The notes below the pieces were generated by a model that saw only the letters and a list, made by a program, of their open reading frames with translations, had not been told where the DNA came from and ran no database searches. Of a stretch of 64,000 bases of DNA, positions 20,401-30,092 are shown in pieces. Origin of the DNA: a virus (taxonomy: Duplodnaviria > Caudoviricetes); the IMG/VR virus record IMGVR_UViG_3300028048_000064, positions 32,001 through 96,000 of that record; one strand, written 5' to 3'. The position numbers and the translations under genes are program-made. Position 1 is the stretch's first letter. Every line of letters begins with the position of its first letter.

Positions 20401-23400
20401 TTCAGTAAGGTACATTCAAAGCGTATTCCCAAAGTCAAGTGGTGAATATGAATATCAAAATCTGTTTGGAGACCCATTCTATTACTTACAGAATGATGAA
20501 GTGGCGAAAACCGGTAGTGAGACAATATCAGATAGTGACAGTGACGAAGATAAAGCACAGAAGACAAATATTAGATTACAGCGTCAGAAACGTGTAAAGG
20601 CATTGTTATTCTTGCATTGTCTTAACTATAATATTAAAGATATTCCGCAGTTCTTTAATAGAAACAAGAAGTCAGGTGGTATATATGCATTGCCTTATGG
20701 CTATGTATTATTGCTTGGTGGCTTGCTTTGGAGAAAGAAGTATTTTGACAAGAATAATGTTGACCCAATACAAAGTGGCTCAAATGGTTATAAAACAGTT
20801 GGTAATGGAAATACATTATTTACCAAACTGAAGGATGGACAATATAGGATGTGTGCATTAATGGATAGTGATAGTGCACAGAAATATAATGTTACAGTTG
20901 CATCATTATTTGGTGATAGTTGGGTACCTGATTACCATATTATGAATAAATTCATTTCTGTTTTCGAAACATTCGTCAATGGTGAATGGGGACGTATTAT
21001 GCCCAAACTTGAATTAAAGAGATATGAAAAAGAAGTTACTGATACAAGTACAACATATAAGGTTAAGACATATACGTGTGAAACATTCAAGAAAGATGTT
21101 GCATTGTTTAAGGAAGAGTTGAAATTCTCTCTTCAAAATGACAGACCTATCTATGTTCAAGATTTAAAGAAGACAATTGAAAGAAATGCCTATATTTTGC
21201 ATCGATTAGGTTTTAAGTATTTCAGCAACTTCTTTGATAACTATCGTTACATATATGTCAAGAAGGACTTCAGAGATGGCGGTTCGAGAGGTTTGTTATT
21301 ATTGTTGAATGAAAACAGCGTTGAAACGCAGAAAATATTAAAGGATATATATACAAGAAAAGTAACTGTAACAGACTCCTGTGGTTATTCTTATAAATGT
21401 GGTGAAGTAAGCAGTGATAATGAAATAAATATAAGTGGTGAGATATTCAAGGCATATCTGTCAAGTTTTAGGTCTAAGATAGAAGATATAGCAAGGGATG
21501 ATAACAGCAGTACATTAAGTGAATACGATGATAGTTTCACTAATGTAAAGAGAGATATTGTATTACCTATTTATTTGTATTTGAAGACATTATGGGATAG
21601 ATGGCTTGTTTCAACTCCAAATAGGAAGTTAAAGGATGGACGTACAATAAGTTATGAGGATTATTATAATGTAGAGAATTTCTACAATAGTTTCATATTC
21701 ATTGACTCATTCTATACAAATATATATAAGAAACTACTTATAAACTGTGATTCACTTAAAACCTCATATCTTGGAAGAGATGAGGACGGAACATTATTCC
21801 AATTTATTGGTGATATAACAAAAGACCATCATTGTATCTTCCTTGCTTTACCGGATTATATTGATATGGGCAATGCCGACAGCAAAACAGCCGTTGATGA
21901 AATGAAGAACATGTTCAGACCAATTCCATATACTGAAATGAATGATTTGGATTGTGAGAATAGGTTTGTAGTGATTTATTCCCCAAGAATGTCAGAATAT
22001 CCAACATCAGATACAGGACATAAAGCAGATTATATCAAGATTTGGAATCCTGTTACAGACAGATGGGATGACACTTTGCCCGATACATTCACAACAGAAC
22101 CAGTAACTGATGGTAATACAGATTTGGTTTCACGTTATGGGTATTATGTACCGTCATTTGGCGTTGCATTTAGCAGACAGAATAATAACATGTTCAAGGC
22201 TATTAATCTTAACATGACAAGCCCACTTGTAACATCAGCATCCATTAATGCAGCATCACGTATTGCAGAGATGGGGTCTGGGTCATCACATAAGGTGGCA
22301 TTTATGGGTCAGGACTTATATCCGGTTTATAGCAATTATTCTTATGTCTGTGAGATTGAGATGTTGGGTAATGCACAAGTACAGCCTTTGATGTATTTCC
22401 AATTGATGAATATACCTATGTGGAGTGGTGTATATATGATATTTAACGTAACCCACACCATTTCAGCAGGTAACATGGTTACAAGGTTCAAGGGAATGAA
22501 ACTTGCAAGAAATCCACTGCCTTATAATTCAGAATGGTTCATGTTTAATCCGGAAGATGTTGACTATGAACCATATGAAACCGGTGATTATTCAGACAAT
22601 GAGGAAGAAAATACAAGTAACGATAGTAGTGATATTGTTGTTATTAGTGGGGATAATTATACACGTTCCAATAATCCTGGCAATCATTATGATGAATCTG
22701 AAAACTATGCCGGTGGCGAAAAAGGCACAACATATACTACAAGGGATAGTTGTCCCGGTGGTGACAAAAGGGTAAGTTCTAAAATCAAGAAACTCTATAA
22801 TGAATTATATGAGGAAATTAAAAACTACCAAACAAAGAATGGCGGTAAGATGACATGGAATGTTGGTATCACAAGTGTTGGACATGGTGGCCATACAAAG
22901 GGGTCACAGCATTATAGAGGTTACGCAATAGACTTGCAATTGACAAAGTTTGATGAAAAGGGTAAGTGTAAAGGGCTTGTTAGTGGTAAGAATAAGACAC
23001 CTGACAAGAATTATTTCATTGTCATGGATATACTTTTCTCACTTCATTTCAAAGATATACGTCAGTGCATTTATGAAGTATATGATACGGGCCAATATTA
23101 TGACCCAACAAGACAATATCAGCCAAAATGTTTGCATATTGGCGTAAAGGAAACTGATGAGCATCAGAAACAACTTGCGCATTTCTTCTGTGATAATGGC
23201 GGGTATAATAATTATATCTTTAATGGTAAAGAATTACTGCCAGAATTTAAGGGTATTGCCTCCAAGTATTATAGAGTAGATAAAGGGCGATTAAAGGGAG
23301 TATTCATTAATTTTAAAAACTATAGTACATCACAACTTGATGCACTGTTTAATGGAGTAGGCAGTAGTAGTACGGGTGGATGTGATACTACAGCTGTGGC

Positions 23401-23854
23401 TTCTAATCTCAATGGGTCAAATAAGGGGAATATTAAAATTGTACGTTATTATCTTAAACAAGAACTTGATATAAATGATATACAATTCTGCGGTATTGCA
23501 GGTAACTTAGTTCAAGAGAGCAGTTTCAACCCAAAAGCAGAAGAATATCCGGGTAAAGAAAATTATGGCGGTAAAGGTATTGCTCAATGGACAGGTGATA
23601 GAAGAAAAAAAGCAACTGAATGGTTAGGAAAGCCAATTATAAAAGCATCTTTGAAAGAACAGACAAATTTATTAATTTATGAGTTAAATGGTACAGAAAA
23701 AAATGCTTTGAAGGAACTTAAGACAGCAACAACGGTAGCGGATGCAGTTAGGATATTCTGTGAGAAATATGAAAGGCCAAAAGCAGTAGAACTTTGTCAG
23801 AGAATTAAGTACGCTAATCTTGTAAAACAGATGATTGATGGTGGGCAAATCTAA
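17426..23854 (+). CDS. Giant baseplate hub / tail-associated lysin with C-terminal M15-like peptidase and phage tail lysozyme domains
   Basis: Hub-like motifs (FVDVRG..LF, FF..PYP.F....KGFYG; C.IEMLGNA.VQP.MYFQL.NIP...G.Y.I..V.H.I); SQHYRGYAID...LHIG; GIAGNLVQESSFNP...GIAQWTG.R...YERP. Confidence 0.72.
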   Translation: MAETLKNTVNQNKRILYVEPNDVYGNINGVPMAPDYSDYCISVNLIAEVVTRYRQTGGESAKKIVCTFSCRPGDESAKTWVSFLQGEDAKKYGGSNGNFLTTFYTDIDYDDVVKKNIVEGFGIESVQVSFESYYTPTVVIKFVDVRGSSLFGREEAVHESGEDLSSSSVFGVFFTVPYPKFKIQIKGFYGRGVTYQLTCSDFKASFNSQTGNFEAVATFIGYSYSLLTDIPLRYLVAAPYCNYIGRDYWEKHLHTPAWALSDGKHPQKLFAVIEKIKSLLNDKEIKNKLMSDEETEQKNNIKNERSQLATLATSLKEYISALRGLNETSQSIWVNGDEANDEQLIIFAHTDKVTVGDKVSLASKTFIEAFDNYNTSNRGKAFSNNFLPNSSHSSKQPNDKLVFTKLCDIVKENGVITKLTFRCEKQNVDGIRSIELNNGIRMSETLAKYLYNDSHLENNGIRDYFGEYCYIFNLNKFLGEINERIENLNKQDKDINRKVAEKVQKAASLELGFTPYIGDVFKIIMCHLETFIHMMWGCYHNIDKSNRSPEFLNLPLDKTDFAGLDENKGQIGAWPGLFNNGKKTKDGGDEDKSIESLAWVGDFSHNFEEERFVVSLYKAIRHVADDTKTPSKPLTLVSGFPIMPSDINDMSAIFGSSTENNMSALAGYLSFRAAQIFGVLLKDKPTIELAKAFGKMDAYNFFSFMQSRSELKNKYIEAASGNSMENILYGISKCSDEFNTYCQNTFQETNKARHSFETVYSINKEYNKRERHPMFVEDSSNMKYVHYYTKSKVGMVPDIIASYKKYEDTFEYKKVGDAEPYFEFKKTNSDDNAWKQDNLLHKSSDATLFGNSEVVNYINDDMFNIDTNSYLSDSVKQKYDELKSGTFKIYGDEFTDDFKNVLEKLWHVEDDDYGKYFKDNAYMLSKPLNSLGITEGELYPIGKAKDDLSNAPVTVDNEKWLETTNSSISYTSTDDDGKWVDNEGTEMSVSNLSVRYIQSVFPKSSGEYEYQNLFGDPFYYLQNDEVAKTGSETISDSDSDEDKAQKTNIRLQRQKRVKALLFLHCLNYNIKDIPQFFNRNKKSGGIYALPYGYVLLLGGLLWRKKYFDKNNVDPIQSGSNGYKTVGNGNTLFTKLKDGQYRMCALMDSDSAQKYNVTVASLFGDSWVPDYHIMNKFISVFETFVNGEWGRIMPKLELKRYEKEVTDTSTTYKVKTYTCETFKKDVALFKEELKFSLQNDRPIYVQDLKKTIERNAYILHRLGFKYFSNFFDNYRYIYVKKDFRDGGSRGLLLLLNENSVETQKILKDIYTRKVTVTDSCGYSYKCGEVSSDNEINISGEIFKAYLSSFRSKIEDIARDDNSSTLSEYDDSFTNVKRDIVLPIYLYLKTLWDRWLVSTPNRKLKDGRTISYEDYYNVENFYNSFIFIDSFYTNIYKKLLINCDSLKTSYLGRDEDGTLFQFIGDITKDHHCIFLALPDYIDMGNADSKTAVDEMKNMFRPIPYTEMNDLDCENRFVVIYSPRMSEYPTSDTGHKADYIKIWNPVTDRWDDTLPDTFTTEPVTDGNTDLVSRYGYYVPSFGVAFSRQNNNMFKAINLNMTSPLVTSASINAASRIAEMGSGSSHKVAFMGQDLYPVYSNYSYVCEIEMLGNAQVQPLMYFQLMNIPMWSGVYMIFNVTHTISAGNMVTRFKGMKLARNPLPYNSEWFMFNPEDVDYEPYETGDYSDNEEENTSNDSSDIVVISGDNYTRSNNPGNHYDESENYAGGEKGTTYTTRDSCPGGDKRVSSKIKKLYNELYEEIKNYQTKNGGKMTWNVGITSVGHGGHTKGSQHYRGYAIDLQLTKFDEKGKCKGLVSGKNKTPDKNYFIVMDILFSLHFKDIRQCIYEVYDTGQYYDPTRQYQPKCLHIGVKETDEHQKQLAHFFCDNGGYNNYIFNGKELLPEFKGIASKYYRVDKGRLKGVFINFKNYSTSQLDALFNGVGSSSTGGCDTTAVASNLNGSNKGNIKIVRYYLKQELDINDIQFCGIAGNLVQESSFNPKAEEYPGKENYGGKGIAQWTGDRRKKATEWLGKPIIKASLKEQTNLLIYELNGTEKNALKELKTATTVADAVRIFCEKYERPKAVELCQRIKYANLVKQMIDGGQI

Positions 23855-23872
23855 AAAAAGTTAATAGTTTAT

Positions 23873-23903
23873 TTTGATATTTCAAATAAAAGCAGTATCT
23901 TTG
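23873..23903 (+). promoter_or_regulatory. Bacteroidota -33/-7 promoter
   Basis: TTTG(23873)-N19-TATCTTTG(23896). Confidence 0.75.
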
Positions 23904-23926
23904 CAATGTAAAAATGATAAAATGGT

Positions 23927-24541
23927 ATGCAAAAACTTGCAAATATTGTAACAAAGGGTAATAAAGACCAATACAGTAAGATATATAATGTAGTCAGTTC
24001 ATGTGAAGGGATTGACTGTGATTTACCTACGTTATATATAGGTCTTTCAAGTGCGAAGAAGTGTATAGATAACTTTTCTATATTGAAAAAACATTATAAA
24101 GACCAAAACTGTTGGTGGACATTTACCAAGACAGAACGTAGGAATGATTATATCAATGATTTGGAACAATTCCAAGAGGATGTAATACTTAATGCATTGA
24201 AGAATGTAAGATATGAATATGTTGATATTATCAAGTACAAGAGAAAACGTATAGTTAATTTCATCAAGTATATCTATTCCAATTCAGATAAACTATGTTT
24301 CATTACAAGAGGTAGTAATTTTATCTTCATCTATGATGTAAAGTTAAAGACGGTTTTCGGCTTGTCGTTGTCATTATGCGAATATTTAGGTATAAACAAA
24401 CATAAGATAATAGAAAAGATTAAGTCAAATAAGTTTAATCAATTCATACCAAATGTATCGTTTCTTAATGCTGATATTAAGCGTATAATCGGCAATAACA
24501 CTCATTACATAATGCCTTTGTATAGTTATTTTAGAAAATAA
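23927..24541 (+). CDS. Hypothetical protein
   Basis: 204 aa ORF behind a host-type promoter. Confidence 0.6.
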   Translation: MQKLANIVTKGNKDQYSKIYNVVSSCEGIDCDLPTLYIGLSSAKKCIDNFSILKKHYKDQNCWWTFTKTERRNDYINDLEQFQEDVILNALKNVRYEYVDIIKYKRKRIVNFIKYIYSNSDKLCFITRGSNFIFIYDVKLKTVFGLSLSLCEYLGINKHKIIEKIKSNKFNQFIPNVSFLNADIKRIIGNNTHYIMPLYSYFRK

Positions 24542-24581
24542 CAACTATTTATAATATATAATATTAATAAGGTATAATAAG

Positions 24582-24875
24582 ATGCCACAGAGATTCATAG
24601 GTAAAAACCCACATAAGAAATGCATACGTCCTATCAGTAGGATGATATTGGCTAATAGTAAGCCAACTACAGTTAATGTGGAGACAGAAAATAAAAAAGT
24701 TAATGAAGAAAACGAAATGAATACCATAGAGCAGTTGAAATCAATAGTCGGTGATGAAACCAAAATCCCAAAGAGGAAAGTAAAGGTTGAGAAGAAAGAC
24801 AAGGGTCTTATCGAGCGTACTGAGGATAGTACCATACTTTTGACTGAAGATGATAAAATGATGCTTAACGATTAA
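24582..24875 (+). CDS. Hypothetical protein
   Basis: 97 aa ORF preceded by CTATTTATA. Confidence 0.55.
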   Translation: MPQRFIGKNPHKKCIRPISRMILANSKPTTVNVETENKKVNEENEMNTIEQLKSIVGDETKIPKRKVKVEKKDKGLIERTEDSTILLTEDDKMMLND

Positions 24876-24882
24876 TAAACCA

Positions 24883-25689
24883 ATGGCAGTTGTTGATAAG
24901 GAATTACTTAAGAAGTATCATCTTGAGGAAGCGCAGAAACGTTTCCAACAGATTTGTGAATATAGTTTTATCACTAAGCCTATTCTTGATGAAGAGGGTG
25001 ATGATGATGTAGATGATAATCAGCAGCCTGATATGACTAAACAGGATGCACCTCAGCAGATGCCGCCACAAAATAATGATAATGGCGGCAACAACATGCC
25101 ACAAGGTATGGGAAATGATAATAATGGTGGAGATATGCCACCAATGACAGATGATAATCAACAACCGGATGGTAATGACGAACCTATGGATGTTGATTTT
25201 GAACCGTCAGATGAACAGCCGGAGGATGATGCTGATAAAAACGTAGACTCCATGCAGGATGGCGATGAAGTCATTGATGTTGATGAACTGACTCAAGCAC
25301 AGGAAACTGCTGATGTCAAGATTGATGGTGTAAATGACAAACTCCAAGACCTATTGGCTGTTACAACCAAATTCATTGCAGCCGTTGACCAAAATAATCA
25401 GAAGATTGATGATTTGAGAGCTGAGTTTGAAAAACGTAACCCATCTGAAGAAGAGAAAATTAATATTCGCTCACAGGCATCTGCCCCATATTCTGAAACA
25501 CCTAAGAGTTTCTGGGATAAAAAGACACAGGATTCTAACTATAATGTCATTTATAATAACGATGTTGACCCTGATAAAGAGGAAAAGGAATATGTAATCA
25601 CAAAGGCTGATATAAACGGCAATGATGACCGTTCTCTTGCAAGGTCACTTGACTATCCGTCAAAATTACAAGATTTTATAAACTTTTAA
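24883..25689 (+). CDS. Acidic low-complexity protein, possible prohead core/scaffold component
   Basis: 268 aa, D/Q/P/M-rich disordered middle, coiled-coil C-terminal part, L-x-E motifs near the N-terminus. Confidence 0.5.
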   Translation: MAVVDKELLKKYHLEEAQKRFQQICEYSFITKPILDEEGDDDVDDNQQPDMTKQDAPQQMPPQNNDNGGNNMPQGMGNDNNGGDMPPMTDDNQQPDGNDEPMDVDFEPSDEQPEDDADKNVDSMQDGDEVIDVDELTQAQETADVKIDGVNDKLQDLLAVTTKFIAAVDQNNQKIDDLRAEFEKRNPSEEEKINIRSQASAPYSETPKSFWDKKTQDSNYNVIYNNDVDPDKEEKEYVITKADINGNDDRSLARSLDYPSKLQDFINF

Positions 25690-25718
25690 CATTAAAAACA
25701 TAATTTCAGACTATTTAT

Positions 25719-25760
25719 ATACAGTAATTCGGAAAAATAACCGGTTACTGTATTTTTTTT
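25719..25760 (+). terminator. Intrinsic terminator
   Basis: ATACAGTAA..CGG / CCG.TTACTGTAT stem followed by a T-run. Confidence 0.7.
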
Positions 25761-25771
25761 GTACGAAAAAT

Positions 25772-25802
25772 TTTGAAATGTGAAAAAATGGTAGTATATT
25801 TA
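25772..25802 (+). promoter_or_regulatory. Bacteroidota -33/-7 promoter (variant)
   Basis: TTTG(25772)-N19-TATATTTA(25795), with the same GTAG extension as other copies. Confidence 0.6.
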
Positions 25803-25861
25803 CAGCGTGAAAAAGACAATATGATATAAATTATAAAATAATTAAATATATTTTTAGTAAA

Positions 25862-26962
25862 ATGACAGAAAATATTAACTTAAATGTAAACACAAGTGCG
25901 GATGTAATTCTCCGTCAGCGTGAAGCAATTTTAGCAAAGAAAGACAATCAGCAATTTAAGAAGAAGTTTGAATTTGATGAAAAAAATTATCTTAACTTGC
26001 GCCTTAACAAGGGTGAAACTCAAAGAAAAGTAACAGTTAGAATTCTACCTGTAAGTGCGGATAACCCAACACCATTCCTTATTCTTCATACACATTCAAT
26101 GAAGGTATCTACTGAGGTTTCAAAAAGTGGATACAAGTCGTTTATTTGCCTTAATGAAGATAAACTGCCAAATCATGATGGACGTGGATGCCCATTGTGT
26201 CAAAAGTCAGCTGAACTACTTAAGCAAAGTAATGCAATTCCTAATGATGAAGCACATAAGGCTGAGAGAAAGGCACTTTTCAAGCAAGGAATGCAGTATA
26301 AGTCCAAGGAAACGTTTATTGTACGTGTAATTGAACGTGGCCATGAGGATGAAGGTGTTAAGTTCTGGCGCTTTAATGCCCATAACGATGGAACAGGTAT
26401 CTATGACCAACTTATGTCAATCTTTGATAATAGGGCACAGGAATCAATTGATACAGGTGATGCCTATTACAAGATAGAAAACTATGCAGATGACGGTAGT
26501 GCAGGATATAGACACGTTAAGATTGATGAGGACGAATACAATAGTCTTCCTGAAAATGAACGTACCATTATCCCTTATAATGTATTTGACTTGAATAATG
26601 GTAAGGATTTCATTATCACACTGCAATATGTCCCAACAACTGACAAGACAACCATGACTATCAATGACGCAGGTAAGGAAACACCTCTGTCAAAGGATAT
26701 CAATAAGGCTATGGCTTGGGTTAATGACGAAAAGACTTGGGAAGATTTGTATTCCCTTAAATCATTTGAATACCTTGACCTTATATCTGAAGGAAAAGTT
26801 CCATTCTATAGTAAAGCAGAAGAAAAGTGGGTGGATAAGGCAACCGTAAGCAATGATGATATTGCAGCAGCAGAAGCACGGAAGATTTTGGAAGGAACAT
26901 CTGATTTTAATACAACACCACAACTTGATAATGATGATAATGGGGATGACCTGCCATTCTAA
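25862..26962 (+). CDS. Single-stranded DNA-binding protein (T4 gp32-like)
   Basis: VRILP, H, C...CPLC, VIERG.EDEGVKFWRF, FDL.NGKDF and acidic tail ending DDLPF. Confidence 0.8.
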   Translation: MTENINLNVNTSADVILRQREAILAKKDNQQFKKKFEFDEKNYLNLRLNKGETQRKVTVRILPVSADNPTPFLILHTHSMKVSTEVSKSGYKSFICLNEDKLPNHDGRGCPLCQKSAELLKQSNAIPNDEAHKAERKALFKQGMQYKSKETFIVRVIERGHEDEGVKFWRFNAHNDGTGIYDQLMSIFDNRAQESIDTGDAYYKIENYADDGSAGYRHVKIDEDEYNSLPENERTIIPYNVFDLNNGKDFIITLQYVPTTDKTTMTINDAGKETPLSKDINKAMAWVNDEKTWEDLYSLKSFEYLDLISEGKVPFYSKAEEKWVDKATVSNDDIAAAEARKILEGTSDFNTTPQLDNDDNGDDLPF

Positions 26963-26974
26963 ATAAGATTAAAT

Positions 26975-27004
26975 GGTCTAATTGACAAGAAAATCAGTTA
27001 GACC
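26975..27004 (+). terminator. Hairpin, putative terminator or processing site
   Basis: GGTCTAATTGA-caagaaaa-TCAGTTAGACC. Confidence 0.5.
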
Positions 27005-27045
27005 TAATTAATTTTAATAATAAAAAAATATGTTTTATTTATAAA

Positions 27046-27702
27046 ATGGCTAAATACTATTATTATTTTGGGTCAATGTCTTGCGGTAAAACAGCATTGC
27101 TTTTGATGAAGGCACATTCTTTTGAGGAACGTGGAATACCGTTTTTGTGCATAAAACCATCCATTGATGATAGAGACGGTGAAGATATTATCAAATCAAG
27201 AATTGGTCTATCAAGAGAATGCATTTCATTTGACACAACGCATAATCTATATAAGTTTATTGATAACTATATTGTTAATGTGACTATACAAGGATATGAT
27301 AGACCTAAGTGGATACTTGTTGATGAATGCCAATTCCTTTCAAAAGAACAAGTTGACCAACTTGCAGAGGTCGTTGATAATCTTGACATTAATGTGATGT
27401 GCTATGGGCTTAGAACTGATTTTAAAAGTGATTTGTTTGAAGGTTCTAAGAGATTAATGGAGATTGCTGATGACATTGAGGAAATAAAATCATCATGTGG
27501 ATGTGGAAGAAAAGCAATTATCAACGCAAGAATTGATGAGTTTGGTAATATCATAAGCGAAGGTGAACAAATTGAAATAGGTGGAGATGATAAATATATC
27601 TCACTATGCAGAAAATGCTATAAAAAGGCAATAGAAGAACAGAGGCAGGTAAAAAATAATAATACCTCAGAAAATGTAAATATAAATTTTAATGAATTAT
27701 AA
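27046..27702 (+). CDS. tdk: Thymidine kinase
   Basis: GSMSCGKT P-loop, ILVDECQFL, YGLRTDF...FEGS, C.CG...SLCRKC. Confidence 0.93.
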   Translation: MAKYYYYFGSMSCGKTALLLMKAHSFEERGIPFLCIKPSIDDRDGEDIIKSRIGLSRECISFDTTHNLYKFIDNYIVNVTIQGYDRPKWILVDECQFLSKEQVDQLAEVVDNLDINVMCYGLRTDFKSDLFEGSKRLMEIADDIEEIKSSCGCGRKAIINARIDEFGNIISEGEQIEIGGDDKYISLCRKCYKKAIEEQRQVKNNNTSENVNINFNEL

Positions 27703-27707
27703 AAGAT

Positions 27708-28877
27708 ATGGCACAACCAATTAAAAAAGGAGCAGGAATAAAGGCTGCTAAATTTGATATTAATGAATTTAAAAGTAAAAAATTAAAAATTGCACCAGTA
27801 GCCGAAAAGCCGATGGAATGGTTTATACTGCCAAAAGGATTTCAAGATGCAATAGGCCTTCCTGGTATACCAATGGGATATTTTTGTGGGTGCTATGGAT
27901 GGAACTCAACAGGTAAGAGCACCATAAAGAACTGTTTGATAGCAGCAGCCCAAAAACAAGGCGTTTTACCGGTGATTTTTGAAACAGAAAGCAATTTTGA
28001 CTTCAAATACGCAATAAATTGTGGAATGCAAGCTGAACCTGTCTATGGTGAAGTCGAGCACATTGATGAAGAAACTGGTGAAGTAACTACATCAGAAGAA
28101 ATCGTTGACTATCAGGGTAATTTTATTCTTTTCACAAATGAAGCAATGTGCGAATATTGTGGCGATTTGGATTATAGCACAATGACAAGAAAGGCAACAA
28201 AGAGAAAAGTTGCAGTAATCGAAGATATTGCATACATCATAAATGATTTGATAGATAAACAAGAAAGTGGTGAGTTGCCTGTTAGCTTACTATTTGTATG
28301 GGATAGTGTAGGCTCGATAACATCTTGGAAATCATTTACTTCCAAAGCCGGCAATAATATGTTTGATGCCTCAAGTATTGCAACTGCATTCAATACGATT
28401 GTCAATACGAGAATACCTTCATCACGAAGTAAGAAATCAGAATATACTAATTCATTCTTTATTGTCAACAAGATTTGGGACTCGTCAATGGCAACTATGG
28501 GTAAGCCATCTGTGAAACTCAAAGGAGGCAACTCATTCGAATATTCCTTGCGTCTTCTTGTGGCTTGTGGAAAAATCGTGACATCCGGTGTAAAGAAATT
28601 GGAAGCAACAGTAAAGGGGGAAAAGTATGAATATGGTAGTGTTGCACCCATTTCAATAAAGAAAAATCATCTGCCAAGTCCATTTAATATAACGAGGGAA
28701 GGAAGCTTATATTGTGTTAATAGTGGTATAATTTCAGAGGATGAAATAGACTCTTATAAAAAGAAAATACTTCCTGATATTATCAAGCAATTAAAGAGTG
28801 AGGATAAAACAGGTAAGATGACAGATATTAGTGAAACAGACGTTGTATTCACAGAAAGCGAAGAGGAAACATTGTAA
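27708..28877 (+). CDS. RecA/UvsX-like recombinase
   Basis: G.PGIPMG, Walker A GWNSTGKS, FETE, Walker B LFVWDSVG, KGG, KKNH. Confidence 0.85.
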   Translation: MAQPIKKGAGIKAAKFDINEFKSKKLKIAPVAEKPMEWFILPKGFQDAIGLPGIPMGYFCGCYGWNSTGKSTIKNCLIAAAQKQGVLPVIFETESNFDFKYAINCGMQAEPVYGEVEHIDEETGEVTTSEEIVDYQGNFILFTNEAMCEYCGDLDYSTMTRKATKRKVAVIEDIAYIINDLIDKQESGELPVSLLFVWDSVGSITSWKSFTSKAGNNMFDASSIATAFNTIVNTRIPSSRSKKSEYTNSFFIVNKIWDSSMATMGKPSVKLKGGNSFEYSLRLLVACGKIVTSGVKKLEATVKGEKYEYGSVAPISIKKNHLPSPFNITREGSLYCVNSGIISEDEIDSYKKKILPDIIKQLKSEDKTGKMTDISETDVVFTESEEETL

Positions 28878-28932
28878 TATCAAGAAGAATAACAATAGAA
28901 TAAGTTATAGAACGTCATAAACAGAAAAACCA

Positions 28933-28966
28933 TAATACAGACTGCAAATAATTGTAGTCTGTATTA
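28933..28966 (+). terminator. Long hairpin after the recombinase gene
   Basis: TAATACAGACTGCAA-ataa-TTGTAGTCTGTATTA (15-bp stem, one G-U pair). Confidence 0.6.
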
Positions 28967-29109
28967 GTTGGTAATAACCATTCTAAAATTAAGATAATAT
29001 GTAAATTGCACGGCTCATTTATCCATATGACATCTATTTTACAGATACTGATGATTTGATAGAATATATTAATAAAGAAACATTAAAAATAGAATTTAAT
29101 GACGATTAA
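28967..29109 (+). pseudogene. Collapsed remnant of a Zn-ribbon endonuclease gene
   Basis: Reads VGNNHSKIKIICKLHGSF (one Zn repeat start), then in a shifted frame YPYDIYFTDTDDLIEYINKE...stop. 18 nt are identical to 395..412. No start codon. Confidence 0.65.
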
Positions 29110-30019
29110 TGAACAGTTAGGAAAGGACTTTTCAACTCACTTATTTATTGAGTTTTTCTTTCAGAAGAGTAAGCGTGGTTTTCTGTTAGAGCAGTCAGGC
29201 AGTTATGAACATCGTAGGATGCTTATAGAGCAATACGGCGTTTTTAACGGTTGTTATGAGATTGCCAAGAAAATTTCTAATGAACTACCGCAGTTATATA
29301 AGGAAAATAAGATTTTTATTCCAATTGAAAGTGAATTAATTTGGAAAGTTGAGATTATTTCAGATAAAGGTGTGGAGATAATGTCTTATGACCCGGATGA
29401 AACTATATTAAACAATGTTTTTAACATTATTAAACTTGTTATAAGGGTAAATCCATCTTATATTGGCGCAAAAGATATAATTCCGTTGTTTATGCATGAA
29501 TTGACACACGCTTATCAAGATGTGCAGATGTATAAAAGTGGAAAAAGTTACATAGATGCACTTGATAGCGAGAAATATTTTGATAATCAGACTGGTAGTT
29601 ATGCCAATGAAAGTGAAATTAAGGATAAAATATCATATTTTCTATATTTTTCCAATCAATTTGAGCGTGGTGCATACATGGCTGAACTAAGTGGCATGTT
29701 AATGACCAATAAGCACAAGTTTTCAAGTATTTCAGAAGTTATTGAGTTCATTAAGGGTACTGAAGTGTATAATTTCTATATTGATAGTGTTGCAGATGCA
29801 GTTTCAATAATGAAATTAAAGGATAATTCAGAAAGAAAATTAGCAATTGGTTATTTCAATGAACTTGGTGGAAGAAAATTCAATAGTTTTAGTGAGTTAT
29901 ATACGTGGTTGAGGCATCGCTGTAGCAGTATAAAGAAGAAATTTGAGAAAACAATTCCTAATATTATATATAATAATGTAGAAATGAATGCATTTTTAAG
30001 GCAAAATGTTTTGAAATAA
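29099..30019 (+). CDS. Putative zincin metallopeptidase (HExxH)
   Basis: FMHELTHAYQD followed by a downstream E..AY motif (FERGAY). Confidence 0.55.
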   Translation: MTINEQLGKDFSTHLFIEFFFQKSKRGFLLEQSGSYEHRRMLIEQYGVFNGCYEIAKKISNELPQLYKENKIFIPIESELIWKVEIISDKGVEIMSYDPDETILNNVFNIIKLVIRVNPSYIGAKDIIPLFMHELTHAYQDVQMYKSGKSYIDALDSEKYFDNQTGSYANESEIKDKISYFLYFSNQFERGAYMAELSGMLMTNKHKFSSISEVIEFIKGTEVYNFYIDSVADAVSIMKLKDNSERKLAIGYFNELGGRKFNSFSELYTWLRHRCSSIKKKFEKTIPNIIYNNVEMNAFLRQNVLK

Positions 30020-30040
30020 ATCTAAAAAGTAGTATATTTG
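30010..30040 (+). promoter_or_regulatory. Bacteroidota -33/-7 promoter
   Basis: TTTG(30010)-N19-TATATTTG(30033). Confidence 0.75.
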
Positions 30041-30092
30041 CAACTGAAAATAATATTAATAATAATATAAGTTTAATTAAAAGAATAGAAAC

